From an uncultured Actinomycetes bacterium (lineage in GTDB: Bacteria > Actinomycetota > Thermoleophilia > UBA2241), in contig CAVRZA010000011.1 in assembly GCA_963725665.1 (NCBI GenBank), positions 352,001 through 416,000 of the forward strand: a stretch of 64,000 nucleotides of DNA, in the 5' to 3' direction. The stretch's first letter is position 1. The number at the start of each line of letters is the position of its first letter. Shown in pieces: positions 41,046 through 50,130 of this stretch. The notes beneath the pieces were generated by a model, which made no database searches, was not told the DNA's origin, and saw only the letters and a list, made by a program, of their open reading frames with translations. Position numbers and translations under genes: made by a program.

Positions 41046-41441
41046 ATGGACACACCGAGAGTGTGCCGGAGGGCCGCTGCGGGCTGGGCGCTGGCGATCG
41101 CAGTGGTCGCGGCGTTGCTGACGGTGGTGCTCGGCGGCTGCGGCGACTCGCTCGTGACGAGCCCGGCGACGCAGATCGACCAGGCGAAGAACGTCGCGGC
41201 CAAGGCCGAGATCCTCTCCGTCGAGACCGGCGTGCGCGCCTACCAGGCGATGAACGGGCGCTTGCCCGCCGATGCCTCCCAGGCGACACTCGGGACGTTC
41301 GTGAACCCCTGGCCCAAGAACCCGTGGACGGGTGGGCCCATGCAGCCGGGGACGGGCAAGGGCGACTACTCCTACGCGATGACCAACAGTGGCTTCAGCC
41401 TGACGGTGCACATCGACGGCGGGGACTACTCGCGGCCGTAG
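41046..41441 (+). CDS. Lipoprotein with a pilin/pseudopilin-like globular domain
   Basis: GGGAGG RBS; lipobox LGGC; AK..AKAEI..GV.AY...NG.LP...WPKNPWTG.PM...GDYSY. Confidence 0.7.
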   Translation: MDTPRVCRRAAAGWALAIAVVAALLTVVLGGCGDSLVTSPATQIDQAKNVAAKAEILSVETGVRAYQAMNGRLPADASQATLGTFVNPWPKNPWTGGPMQPGTGKGDYSYAMTNSGFSLTVHIDGGDYSRP

Positions 41442-41570
41442 CGCGCCGCCAGCGGACGACCTCCAGCGACCGCGCCCACCAGGCCGGGATGCTCCTAGCG
41501 TTCTCGCTGCGTTCGGCCTGTTGTACACTCGAGCGGCGTCGGTTGCGCTAAGCCACCGGCGAGGATCGAC

Positions 41571-42620
41571 ATGCCCGGCCGCCATTCCGCTCAGGACTTT
41601 CAGGCGCTCCACTCGTCAGCGGGGGCTGGGTTTGCCACGCCCCTGTCGTTGCGAGCGAGCGTTTCACCGCAGGATGACGTCCCCGACTGGCTGCTGGGGC
41701 GCGCTGAGGGGGCGCCGGCGCCGGCCGGCGCCGGCGCCCCCTCAGCGCGCCGCTCCTTTCTCGAGAAGACTCTGCACGCCCTGAGCGGCTTCGTCGCGCG
41801 CGGCTTCGCGACCGGCGACGTCGCCGGTCGCCCCGGCCTTCTGCAGCGCGTCGACCCACGCGTGAAGCTGGTCTCGCTGCTCGCGCTGGTCGTCGTGTCT
41901 GTGCTGGTCACGCACGTTGTGATCCTCGTGGCCATGCTGGCGCTGGCCGTTGCGCTGGCGCTGGCCTCGCGAGTCGGTCTGCGCCTCTTCGCGGCGCGGG
42001 CATGGCTGGTCGTGCCCGTGTTCACCGCGGTCGTGGCGCTCCCGGCGCTGACGAACTGGGTCACGCCGGGCGACGCGGTCGTGACGATCTGGAGCGGAGG
42101 CGCGCCGCACATCGGTCCTTGGCATCTGCCCTCGACCCTGGCCATCACGGCGCCCGGCCTGCTCGTGGCCACGCGTCTGGTGTTGCGCGTCGCGTGCGCG
42201 GTCTCGTTCGCGGTGCTTCTGACCCTCACGACGCGCTGGGACGAGCTGCTGCGCTCCCTGCGCGTGGTGGGCGTGCCGCGCATGTTCGTCGTCGTGCTCG
42301 GCATGTCCTACCGCTACGTGCACCTCCTCGTGAGGACGGCCCAGGAGATGATGGTGGCGCGTCGCAGCCGCACGGTCGGAAGGGCGAGCGCGGCCGAGAA
42401 CAGACGCTTCCTCGGCGCCGCCGTGGCGACCCTGTTCGGCAAGGCCCAGGCGACGAGCGAGCAGGTCTACGGCGCCATGGTCGCTCGCGGCTACCGTGGC
42501 GAGGTCTACACGCTCGACCGCTGGCGCCTGACCTGGATCGACCTCGCGTGGGGCATCGGCGTGGGCGCCGCGCTCGCCGCGCTGGTCGTCGCCGATCTCT
42601 CCCTGGCCGGGACCCTCTGA
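41571..42620 (+). CDS. cbiQ: Co/Ni ECF transporter T component (true start probably ~41649)
   Basis: LQRVDPRVK, YRY, ARRSR, AMVARGY motifs. Confidence 0.87.
   Translation: MPGRHSAQDFQALHSSAGAGFATPLSLRASVSPQDDVPDWLLGRAEGAPAPAGAGAPSARRSFLEKTLHALSGFVARGFATGDVAGRPGLLQRVDPRVKLVSLLALVVVSVLVTHVVILVAMLALAVALALASRVGLRLFAARAWLVVPVFTAVVALPALTNWVTPGDAVVTIWSGGAPHIGPWHLPSTLAITAPGLLVATRLVLRVACAVSFAVLLTLTTRWDELLRSLRVVGVPRMFVVVLGMSYRYVHLLVRTAQEMMVARRSRTVGRASAAENRRFLGAAVATLFGKAQATSEQVYGAMVARGYRGEVYTLDRWRLTWIDLAWGIGVGAALAALVVADLSLAGTL
41698..41751. repeat. 54-bp perfect palindrome inside cbiQ
   Basis: GGCGCGCTGAGGGGGCGCCGGCGCCGG|CCGGCGCCGGCGCCCCCTCAGCGCGCC. Confidence 0.9.
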
Positions 42621-42623
42621 CCG

Positions 42624-43550
42624 ATGCTCGACGAGCGTGAAATCGCCGGCGTAGGCCGGTCTGCTGGGGAGGAGAGTGTCCCGGACGTGCCGCAGATCTT
42701 CCGGCTTTCGCGTGTCTCTTACGACTATGCGCCGGCCGTGCCGGCGCTACGCGACGTGACCCTCACCGTGTCCGAGAGCGAGCGCCTGGCGCTCCTGGGC
42801 GCCAACGGCAGCGGCAAGTCGACGCTGCTCGCGCTCCTCGCGGGGCTGATCGAGCCGGGCGGCGGTGAGCTCTTCGCCTTCGGCGAGCCGCTCACCGCCG
42901 CCCGGCTTCGCGACGATGCCTTCGCGCACGCCTTCCGGCGGCGCGTCGGCATCGTCTTCCAGAGCGCGGACGCGCAGCTCTTCAGCCCGACGGTGCGCGA
43001 CGAGGTCGCATTCGGCCCCCTCCACCTCCGCCTCGCCAACGACGAGATCGTGCGCCGCGTGGAGGACACGCTGCGCATGCTGGACCTCGACGACCTCGCC
43101 GAGCGCGCTCCCTACAACCTGAGCGGCGGCGAGAAGAAGAAGGTCGCGCTCGCCTCGGTCCTCGCGATCAACCCCGACGTGCTGATGCTCGACGAACCGA
43201 CCAGCGGGCTCGACCCGCGCACCGAGCAGTGGCTGCTCGAGCTGCTCGAGCGCCTCCATGCCGTAGGCAAGACGATCGTCATCGCCACGCACCAGATCGA
43301 CGTCCTGGAGCAGGTCGCCGACCGAGCCGTGGTCTTGGGCGAGGACCATGCGGTGGCCGCCACCGGTCCGGTCGCCGACGTGCTGGCCGACCGCGACCTG
43401 CTCCTGCGGGTCAATCTGATACACGAGCACGTCCACGTGCACGAAGGCGTGTCGCACACCCACGTCCACGCTCACGAGGGTCCCCACGAGCACGAGCACC
43501 CGGGCACGGCCTCCCTCGACTCCGGGCAGCGGCCCCTCGTGGACCGCTGA
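42624..43550 (+). CDS. cbiO: Co/Ni ECF transporter ATPase with His-rich tail
   Basis: GANGSGKST, LSGGEKK, LDEPT; C-terminal HEHVHVHEGVSHTHVHAHEGPHEHEH. Confidence 0.9.
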   Translation: MLDEREIAGVGRSAGEESVPDVPQIFRLSRVSYDYAPAVPALRDVTLTVSESERLALLGANGSGKSTLLALLAGLIEPGGGELFAFGEPLTAARLRDDAFAHAFRRRVGIVFQSADAQLFSPTVRDEVAFGPLHLRLANDEIVRRVEDTLRMLDLDDLAERAPYNLSGGEKKKVALASVLAINPDVLMLDEPTSGLDPRTEQWLLELLERLHAVGKTIVIATHQIDVLEQVADRAVVLGEDHAVAATGPVADVLADRDLLLRVNLIHEHVHVHEGVSHTHVHAHEGPHEHEHPGTASLDSGQRPLVDR

Positions 43551-43610
43551 TACACTTGGCTCCCTCGCGGCAGGCGGGCAGCGTGCCGGCCTGTAACCTT
43601 GGCAGACAGC

Positions 43611-44216
43611 ATGCCGTCTAATCTCTACAACCCGGACACACCGCCCGAGGGCTCTTACGATCTGAGCGGTTTCCACGTGCCGCAAGAAGACGACGTCGTG
43701 AGGGCCATGAGCGGCGACAAAGAGGCGTTCGGTCGCCTCGTGGAGCGCTACCAGGGAATGGTCTACACGCTCGCCTACAACGCGCTGGGCACGCACGTCG
43801 ACGCTGAGGACGCCGCACAGGAGGTGTTCCTGCGCGCCTACCGCAAGCTGCCCGGCTTTCGCGGCGCCTCGGCGTTCTCGACGTGGCTCTTCAGGCTGGC
43901 CGTCAACGCCGTGGTCGACTACCAGCGCCGAGAGGGCCGGGCGCCGATACCGGCCGAGGTCCCCGAGCGCGCTAGCCTTCCCGACTCCGATGCCCTCGAG
44001 CGCGTCGGCTACGGTCAGCTTATGAGCGCGCTCGGCCAACTCCCGCCCAACTACCGTCTGCCCGTCGTCCTGCGCGACCTCTACGGTCTCGAGTACAAGG
44101 AGATCGCCCGCGTGCTCGACCGGCCCTTGGGCACGGTCAAGGCCTACGTGCATCGCGGCCGCAGCGCTCTGCGGCTGCGCCTGCAGGGCAGCGGCGTGCT
44201 CGGCGAGGAGGACTGA
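43611..44216 (+). CDS. ECF RNA polymerase sigma factor
   Basis: DAEDAAQEVFLRAY, FSTWLFRLAVN, EIA..L..PLGTVK motifs. Confidence 0.93.
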   Translation: MPSNLYNPDTPPEGSYDLSGFHVPQEDDVVRAMSGDKEAFGRLVERYQGMVYTLAYNALGTHVDAEDAAQEVFLRAYRKLPGFRGASAFSTWLFRLAVNAVVDYQRREGRAPIPAEVPERASLPDSDALERVGYGQLMSALGQLPPNYRLPVVLRDLYGLEYKEIARVLDRPLGTVKAYVHRGRSALRLRLQGSGVLGEED

Positions 44217-44608
44217 TGGACTGCGCTCGGTTCCGCGCGGCGATCCACGGCTACATCGACAGCGAGCTGAGCGACGCCGAGGTGGTCGCCTTTCAGAAGC
44301 ACCTGAGCTTCTGCGCCGGCTGTGCTCGCACCCTGCAGGAGCTGAGCGACGTGCGCTTGGCGCTGGCCGGGGCCGGAGGCGTCGAGATAGAGGCTCCGGC
44401 AGGCTTCGCCGAGCGCGTCATGGAGCGCGTCTCGAAGCTCCCCAGCGAGGCGTGGGAGGAGCTTCTGCCCGGCTGGCAGATCGGCGTGCGCGTGCCGCAG
44501 AGGTTCGCCGCGCCGCTGCGCGCCGCCATCTACTCGGGCATCGCTCTGGTCGGCTACTTCGCCTTCAGGGCGCAGTGGCAGCACGCGCGCCGGACCAAGG
44601 AAGTCTAG
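44216..44608 (+). CDS. Zinc-binding anti-sigma factor (zf-HC2)
   Basis: MDC...YIDSEL...HLSFCAGC; C-terminal TM helix; TGATG coupling to the sigma gene. Confidence 0.88.
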   Translation: MDCARFRAAIHGYIDSELSDAEVVAFQKHLSFCAGCARTLQELSDVRLALAGAGGVEIEAPAGFAERVMERVSKLPSEAWEELLPGWQIGVRVPQRFAAPLRAAIYSGIALVGYFAFRAQWQHARRTKEV

Positions 44609-44610
44609 GC

Positions 44611-45093
44611 GTGACCGCGGCGCCGATGAGCCTCGATCGCGCACAGATCGAGGCGATCATCCCCCATCGCGACCCCTTCCTGCTCCTCGACGAGGTGGTG
44701 GAGCTCGTGCCCGGCGAGCGCTGCCACGCGCGGCGCACGCTGCGCCGCGACGAGTTCTGGTTCGCCGGACACTTCCCGGCGAACCCGGTGATGCCCGGCG
44801 TCCTCATAGTCGAGGCGCTCGCGCAGGCCGGGGTTGTCACGACGCTGTCGCACCCGGCCAACGCCGGCAAGCTCGTGCTCTTCGCCGGCATCGACAAGGT
44901 GCGCTTCAAGCGCGTCGTCGCTCCGGGCGAGACGCTCGACCTGTACGTCGAGGTCACCACGGCGCGGTCGGTCGCCGGCAAGGCCAGCGTCGAGGCTCGC
45001 GTCGAGGGCGACCTGGCCTGTCGCGGCGAGCTCATGATGATGCTGGTCGATGCGCAGCAGGCGGCGCGGTCGGCGCGGGGTGAGGCGACGTGA
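44611..45093 (+). CDS. fabZ: 3-hydroxyacyl-ACP dehydratase
   Basis: IPHRDPFLLLD, GHFPANPVMPGVLIVEALAQ motifs. Confidence 0.95.
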   Translation: MTAAPMSLDRAQIEAIIPHRDPFLLLDEVVELVPGERCHARRTLRRDEFWFAGHFPANPVMPGVLIVEALAQAGVVTTLSHPANAGKLVLFAGIDKVRFKRVVAPGETLDLYVEVTTARSVAGKASVEARVEGDLACRGELMMMLVDAQQAARSARGEAT

Positions 45094-46097
45094 ACGGTCG
45101 CGGGGTCATGAAGGGCGCCTACATCTCGGCGCTGGGCGTCCACGTGCCCGACGCGGTGATGACCAACGACGAGATCGCGCGCCTGCCGGGCATCGAGACC
45201 TCCGACCAGTGGATCACGACGCGCACCGGCATAAAGGAGCGCCGTATCGCCCGCGATGGGGAGTCCCCCTCCGACCTCGGGATCGCCGCCGCCAGGGCGT
45301 GTCTCGCCTCGCGCGACTTCGACCCCGCCGACGTCGATCTCGTCATCGGGTCGAGCCTGGTGCCCGACATGATCTTCCCCGCCACGGCTTCGGTGATCGC
45401 GGAGGGCATCGGCGCCGTGAACGCCGGCGCCTTCGACGTCCAGGCGGGCTGCGCCGGCTACATGTACGGGCTCGCGGCGGCGATCGGCTTCATCAGCGCC
45501 GGCCTGGCGCGCCACGTGCTCGTCGTCGGCGCCGAGACGCTGACCCGCGCCCTCGACTGGCAGGACCGCTCCTCCTGCATCCTTTTCGGCGACGGCGCCG
45601 GGGCGACCCTGGTGAGTGCGAGCGACAATGGGACGCGGTTCCACTTCGACCTCGGCAACGACGGCAGGGGGGCGCCCTTCCTCAACCTGCCCGCGGGCGG
45701 GACGCGGCTGCCGGCGAGCCACGAGACGGTCGACGCGCGCCAGCACTACCTGAAGATGGACGGGCCCGAGGTCTACAAGTTCGCCACGCGCAAGGTGGTC
45801 GAGTCGTGCGCCAACGTGCTGGCCAAGGCCGGTGTCGCGGTCGCCGACGTCGACCTGTTCGTGCCGCACCAGGCCAACCTGCGCATCATCGACTACGCCG
45901 CGCGCCGACTCGGTTTCCGCGAGGAGCAGGTCTTCTACAACCTCGATCGCTATGGCAACACCTCGTGCGCGTCGATCCCGCTCTGCCTCGCCGAAGCGAA
46001 GGAGTCGGGACGGCTGCAGAAGGGCGACACGGTGCTGCTCGTGGGGTTCGGCGCCGGTCTCACGTGGGGGACCTGCCTGACCACCTGGGAGCTGTAG
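45090..46097 (+). CDS. fabH: 3-oxoacyl-ACP synthase III
   Basis: WITTRTGIKERR, AGCAG, HQAN, GNTS motifs. Confidence 0.95.
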   Translation: MNGRGVMKGAYISALGVHVPDAVMTNDEIARLPGIETSDQWITTRTGIKERRIARDGESPSDLGIAAARACLASRDFDPADVDLVIGSSLVPDMIFPATASVIAEGIGAVNAGAFDVQAGCAGYMYGLAAAIGFISAGLARHVLVVGAETLTRALDWQDRSSCILFGDGAGATLVSASDNGTRFHFDLGNDGRGAPFLNLPAGGTRLPASHETVDARQHYLKMDGPEVYKFATRKVVESCANVLAKAGVAVADVDLFVPHQANLRIIDYAARRLGFREEQVFYNLDRYGNTSCASIPLCLAEAKESGRLQKGDTVLLVGFGAGLTWGTCLTTWEL

Positions 46098-46160
46098 GCA
46101 GCTGCTCGCCGCGCGGTGCCATTCCCCACTGAAGGTCCCCGAGTGAAGGTGTCTTCTGCT

Positions 46161-47102
46161 GTGAACAGACGCGCGCTTGTCTTCCCCGGTCAGGGGTCGC
46201 AGGCCGTCGGCATGGGGGCCGACGTCTGTCAGCGCTACCAGCTTGCGCGGGCGACGTTCGCCGAAGCGGGCGAGGTGCTCGGCTACGACCTCGCCCGCCT
46301 TTGCTTCGAGGGACCGGCGGAGCAGCTCGCGCGCACCGACATCACCCAGCCGGCGCTGCTCACGATGTCGGTTGCGCTTCTCCGCGTGCTCGACGACAAT
46401 GGCCTCTCCTACGGCGCGGCCCTGGGGCACAGCCTTGGCGAGTACACGGCGCTGGTGGCGACGGGGGCGCTGGCGTTCGGGGAGGCCCTCGAGCTAGTGC
46501 GCCTGCGCGGTGAGGCCATGCAGGCGGCTGCAGGTCGGCGTCCCGGCGCCATGGCGGCCGTCCTGGGCCTGGCCGACGAGGTCGTCGAAGGGCTTTGCGC
46601 GCGCGTCGGGCAGGTCTGGCCGGCGAACTTCAACGCGCCCGGCCAGATGGTGGTGAGTGGTACGGAGGAGGCGGTCGACGAGCTCGGACGGCGCGCCGGC
46701 GAAGCGGGCGCGCGCCGCGTGATCCGGCTCGCCGTGAGCGGGGCTTTTCACTCGCCGTTCATGGAGCCCGCGGTCGAGGCGCTCGACGGGCCGCTGCGGC
46801 GGGCAAGCTTCGAAGAGCCGCGGCCGGCGTTCTTCTCGACGTGCAGTGTGGCCTTCGAGAGCGGGGATCTCGCCGAGCTGCTGCTGCGCCAGATCGTCTC
46901 GCCCGTGCGCTTCGAGCAGGCGATCCGGCGTCTCGTCGACGAGGGCTGCGACGCCTTCCTCGAGGTGGGGCCGGGCAGCGTGCTGACGGGGCTGATAAAG
47001 CGCATCGACGCGAGCGTCGCGGCGCTCGCCTGCGGCGACGCCGCGACGCTCGCGTCGATGCGCGAGGCAGGCTGGACGACAAGGGGCGCGGAGGAGACCT
47101 AG
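46161..47102 (+). CDS. fabD: Malonyl-CoA:ACP transacylase
   Basis: FPGQGSQ, GHSLGE, SGAFHS motifs; start approximate. Confidence 0.94.
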   Translation: MNRRALVFPGQGSQAVGMGADVCQRYQLARATFAEAGEVLGYDLARLCFEGPAEQLARTDITQPALLTMSVALLRVLDDNGLSYGAALGHSLGEYTALVATGALAFGEALELVRLRGEAMQAAAGRRPGAMAAVLGLADEVVEGLCARVGQVWPANFNAPGQMVVSGTEEAVDELGRRAGEAGARRVIRLAVSGAFHSPFMEPAVEALDGPLRRASFEEPRPAFFSTCSVAFESGDLAELLLRQIVSPVRFEQAIRRLVDEGCDAFLEVGPGSVLTGLIKRIDASVAALACGDAATLASMREAGWTTRGAEET

Positions 47103-47858
47103 ATGAGCGTGTCGATCGACCTCAGCGGCAAGGTGGCGCTCGTGACCGGCGCCGGCCGCGGCATCGGGCGCGAGATCGCGCTCGCGCTGGCCGCGGCCGG
47201 CGCCGACGTGGCCGTCAACGACGTCGCCAGCGAGGACTCGTGCCTGTCGCTCGTGAGCGAGATCGAGGCCCTCGGGCCGCGCGGCCTCTGCGTGATGGGC
47301 GACGTGGGCGATGAGGACGCGGTCAACCTCTCGATCGAGCGCATCGAGAAGGAGCTCGGTCGCCTCGACATCGTGGTCAACAACGCCGGCATCACGCGCG
47401 ACAATGTCATCATGCGCATCGACCCCGCCGACTTCGACGCCGTGCTGCACACCCATCTGCGCGGGACGTTCCTCGTCTGCCGGGCCGCGTCGCGGCGCAT
47501 GCTGCGGCGCCGCGAGGGCGTGATCATCAATATCTCGAGCGTCGTCGCCCGGCGGGGCAACGCCGGACAGACCAACTACGCGGCCGCCAAAGCGGGCATC
47601 ATCGGCCTGACCAAGTCGCTGGCCAAGGAGCTCGGCCCGCGCTCGATCCGCGTGAACGCGATCGCGCCCGGCTACATCGACACGCCCATGACACAGGCCC
47701 TCCCCGACGACGCCCGCAAGGCCATCGTCGACGCGACCCCCCTGGGTACGATGGGCACGCCGCGCGACGTCGCCGACGCGGTCGTCCTTCTCGCCTCCCC
47801 TATGGCGCGATACATTACAGGGTGCGTGCTACCGGTCGACGGCGGCCTGGGCATCTAG
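47103..47858 (+). CDS. fabG: 3-oxoacyl-ACP reductase
   Basis: TGAGRGIG, NNAGITRD, NYAAAKAG motifs. Confidence 0.94.
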   Translation: MSVSIDLSGKVALVTGAGRGIGREIALALAAAGADVAVNDVASEDSCLSLVSEIEALGPRGLCVMGDVGDEDAVNLSIERIEKELGRLDIVVNNAGITRDNVIMRIDPADFDAVLHTHLRGTFLVCRAASRRMLRRREGVIINISSVVARRGNAGQTNYAAAKAGIIGLTKSLAKELGPRSIRVNAIAPGYIDTPMTQALPDDARKAIVDATPLGTMGTPRDVADAVVLLASPMARYITGCVLPVDGGLGI

Positions 47859-47878
47859 CGCGGGCAGGAAAGGACCTG

Positions 47879-49129
47879 ATGGAGGACAAAGCAAGGCGGG
47901 TCGTCGTGACGGGTATCGGCCTGGTCACCCCCCTTGCCTGCAACACCGAGGAGACGTGGCTGCGGCTCGTCGCCGGCGAGTCGGGGATGGCCGAGATCAC
48001 CCAGTTTGACCACTCGGGCCACCTCGTGCACTTCGCCGCCGAGGTGAAGGGCTTCGACGCCGTCGACTACATGGACAAGCGCGTGGCGCGGCGCATGGAT
48101 CCCTTCGCCCACTACGCCGTCGCGGCGGCGCGCATGGCGCACGAGGACTCGGGGCTCGACGTCTCGCGTGAACCGGAGCGCGTCGGCGCCATCGTCGCCA
48201 CCGGCATCGGCGGCCTCAAGACCTTCGAGGCGCAGCTCGACGACTTGCGCAGCAACAACAAGGCATGGGACCGCATCAACCCGCTCTTCATCCCCATGAT
48301 GATCCCCAACATGGGCGCCGCCCAGGTCTCCCTCGAGCTGGGGACAAAGGGCCCGTTGAGCACCGTCTCCACGGCCTGCGCCGCGAGCACGATGGCCGTC
48401 GGCGACGCCTTCGAGCTCATCCGCCGCGGCGAGGCCGACGCCATCTTCGCCGGCGGCAGCGAGGCGGCGATAACGCCTGTCGGCATCGCCGCCTTCGCGG
48501 CCATGCGCGCCCTCTCGCGCCGCAACGACGCCCCCGAGGAGGCGTCGCGCCCGTTCGACGCCGGCCGCGACGGCTTCGTGATGGGCGAGGGCGGAGGTAT
48601 GCTCGTGCTCGAGGAGCTCGGACACGCTTTGGCTCGAGATGCGCGTATCTACGCGGAGATGGTCGGCTACGGCATGAGCTCCGACTCCTACCACATGACG
48701 GCGCCCGACGAGTCGGGCGAGCCGCAGGCGCGCGCCGTCCGCGACGCGCTCGACGAGGCCGGTGTCAGGCCCGACGAGGTCGACTACATCAACGCCCACG
48801 GTACTGCGACTGACAGCGGCGACATCGCTGAGACGAAGGTCATCAAGCTGGCGCTGGGCGACCACGCCTACGAGGTGGCCATCTCGTCGACCAAGTCGAT
48901 GGTCGGTCACTGCCTCGGCGGCGCCGGAGCCATCGAGGCCGCCTTCACGGTCCTCACGATCTCGCGCGGTGTCATTCCGCCCACGATCAACCTGACGACG
49001 CCCGACCCGCTTTGCGACCTCGACTACGTGCCGCTCACGGCACGCGAGGCCAATGTGGACGTGGCGATGTCGAACTCGTTCGGCTTCGGCGGCCACAACG
49101 CGACGCTGGTCTTCCGCCGCTTCGCGTGA
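47879..49129 (+). CDS. fabF: 3-oxoacyl-ACP synthase II
   Basis: TACAAS, NAHGT, GHCLG, SNSFGFGGHN motifs. Confidence 0.95.
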   Translation: MEDKARRVVVTGIGLVTPLACNTEETWLRLVAGESGMAEITQFDHSGHLVHFAAEVKGFDAVDYMDKRVARRMDPFAHYAVAAARMAHEDSGLDVSREPERVGAIVATGIGGLKTFEAQLDDLRSNNKAWDRINPLFIPMMIPNMGAAQVSLELGTKGPLSTVSTACAASTMAVGDAFELIRRGEADAIFAGGSEAAITPVGIAAFAAMRALSRRNDAPEEASRPFDAGRDGFVMGEGGGMLVLEELGHALARDARIYAEMVGYGMSSDSYHMTAPDESGEPQARAVRDALDEAGVRPDEVDYINAHGTATDSGDIAETKVIKLALGDHAYEVAISSTKSMVGHCLGGAGAIEAAFTVLTISRGVIPPTINLTTPDPLCDLDYVPLTAREANVDVAMSNSFGFGGHNATLVFRRFA

Positions 49130-50130
49130 TGGCCGTCAAGGTTGAGATCGCTCGCCGCGGCGGCGGGCGCGACATGCGGTGGGAGTGTCCCGCCTGTGGT
49201 GCCGATAGCGACCCGGCCGCCGTGAAGACCAACCTCATGGTGTGCCCGTCGTGTGGCTTCCACCTGCGCATCGGGGTGCGCGAGCGCTTGGCGCAGCTCA
49301 CAGACCCAGGTACGTTCGTCGAGCGGTGGGCGACGCTGCGCACGCTCGACCCGTTGGAGTTCGTCGACCTCGAGACCTACCCGGAGCGCGTGCGCGAGGC
49401 GCAGGCGAGGAGCGGCCTCGCGGAGGCGATCGTCGCCGGGACGGCGACGATCGACGGCGTCCCCACCGTGCTCACCGTGCTCGACTTCAACTTCATGGGC
49501 GGGAGCATGGGGAGCGTCGTGGGTGAGAAGCTGTGGCGAGCCGCCGAGGCGGCGGCGACCATGGGCCTGCCCCTGGTGTCGGTCTGTGCCTCCGGCGGCG
49601 CGCGCATGCAGGAGGGCATCCTCTCGCTCATGCAGATGGCCAAGACGACCTGCGCGGTCGACCTCCTGAACGAGGCCGGCGTGCCGTTCGTGGCCGTGCT
49701 CGCCGACCCCTGCACCGGCGGCGTGCTGGCCAGCTTCGCCACACTGGCCGACATCTGCATCGCCGAGCCGGGCGCCCGCCTGTATTTCTCGGGCCCCCGG
49801 GTCATCGCCGAGACGACGAAGGAGGAGCTGCCGCCGGGGTTCGCCTCGGCCGAACGCAACCTCGAGCTCGGACACCTCGACGCGGTCGTGCCGCGCCGTG
49901 AGCTGCGCGACAAGATAGCCGCGTACCTCCGACTGCTGCAAGGAGGTGAGGGGGATGGAAGAGGGACCTCCGCGGGACGACCGCGAGGCCGCCGCACGCG
50001 AAAGCTGGCTCAGGCAACGGTTGGCGGAGCTAAGGCACTTGCCGACATTACCAGGCGTGCACTTGACGGAGGAGATCGACAGGCTGCAGGCGAGGCTGAA
50101 GAGACTGCAGCACGAGAGCCGTCGTCATGA
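49129..50130 (+). CDS. accD: Acetyl-CoA carboxylase carboxyltransferase beta
   Basis: CPAC...CPSC zinc finger, FMGGSMG, SGGARMQEG; extended C-terminus. Confidence 0.93.
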   Translation: MAVKVEIARRGGGRDMRWECPACGADSDPAAVKTNLMVCPSCGFHLRIGVRERLAQLTDPGTFVERWATLRTLDPLEFVDLETYPERVREAQARSGLAEAIVAGTATIDGVPTVLTVLDFNFMGGSMGSVVGEKLWRAAEAAATMGLPLVSVCASGGARMQEGILSLMQMAKTTCAVDLLNEAGVPFVAVLADPCTGGVLASFATLADICIAEPGARLYFSGPRVIAETTKEELPPGFASAERNLELGHLDAVVPRRELRDKIAAYLRLLQGGEGDGRGTSAGRPRGRRTRKLAQATVGGAKALADITRRALDGGDRQAAGEAEETAAREPSS

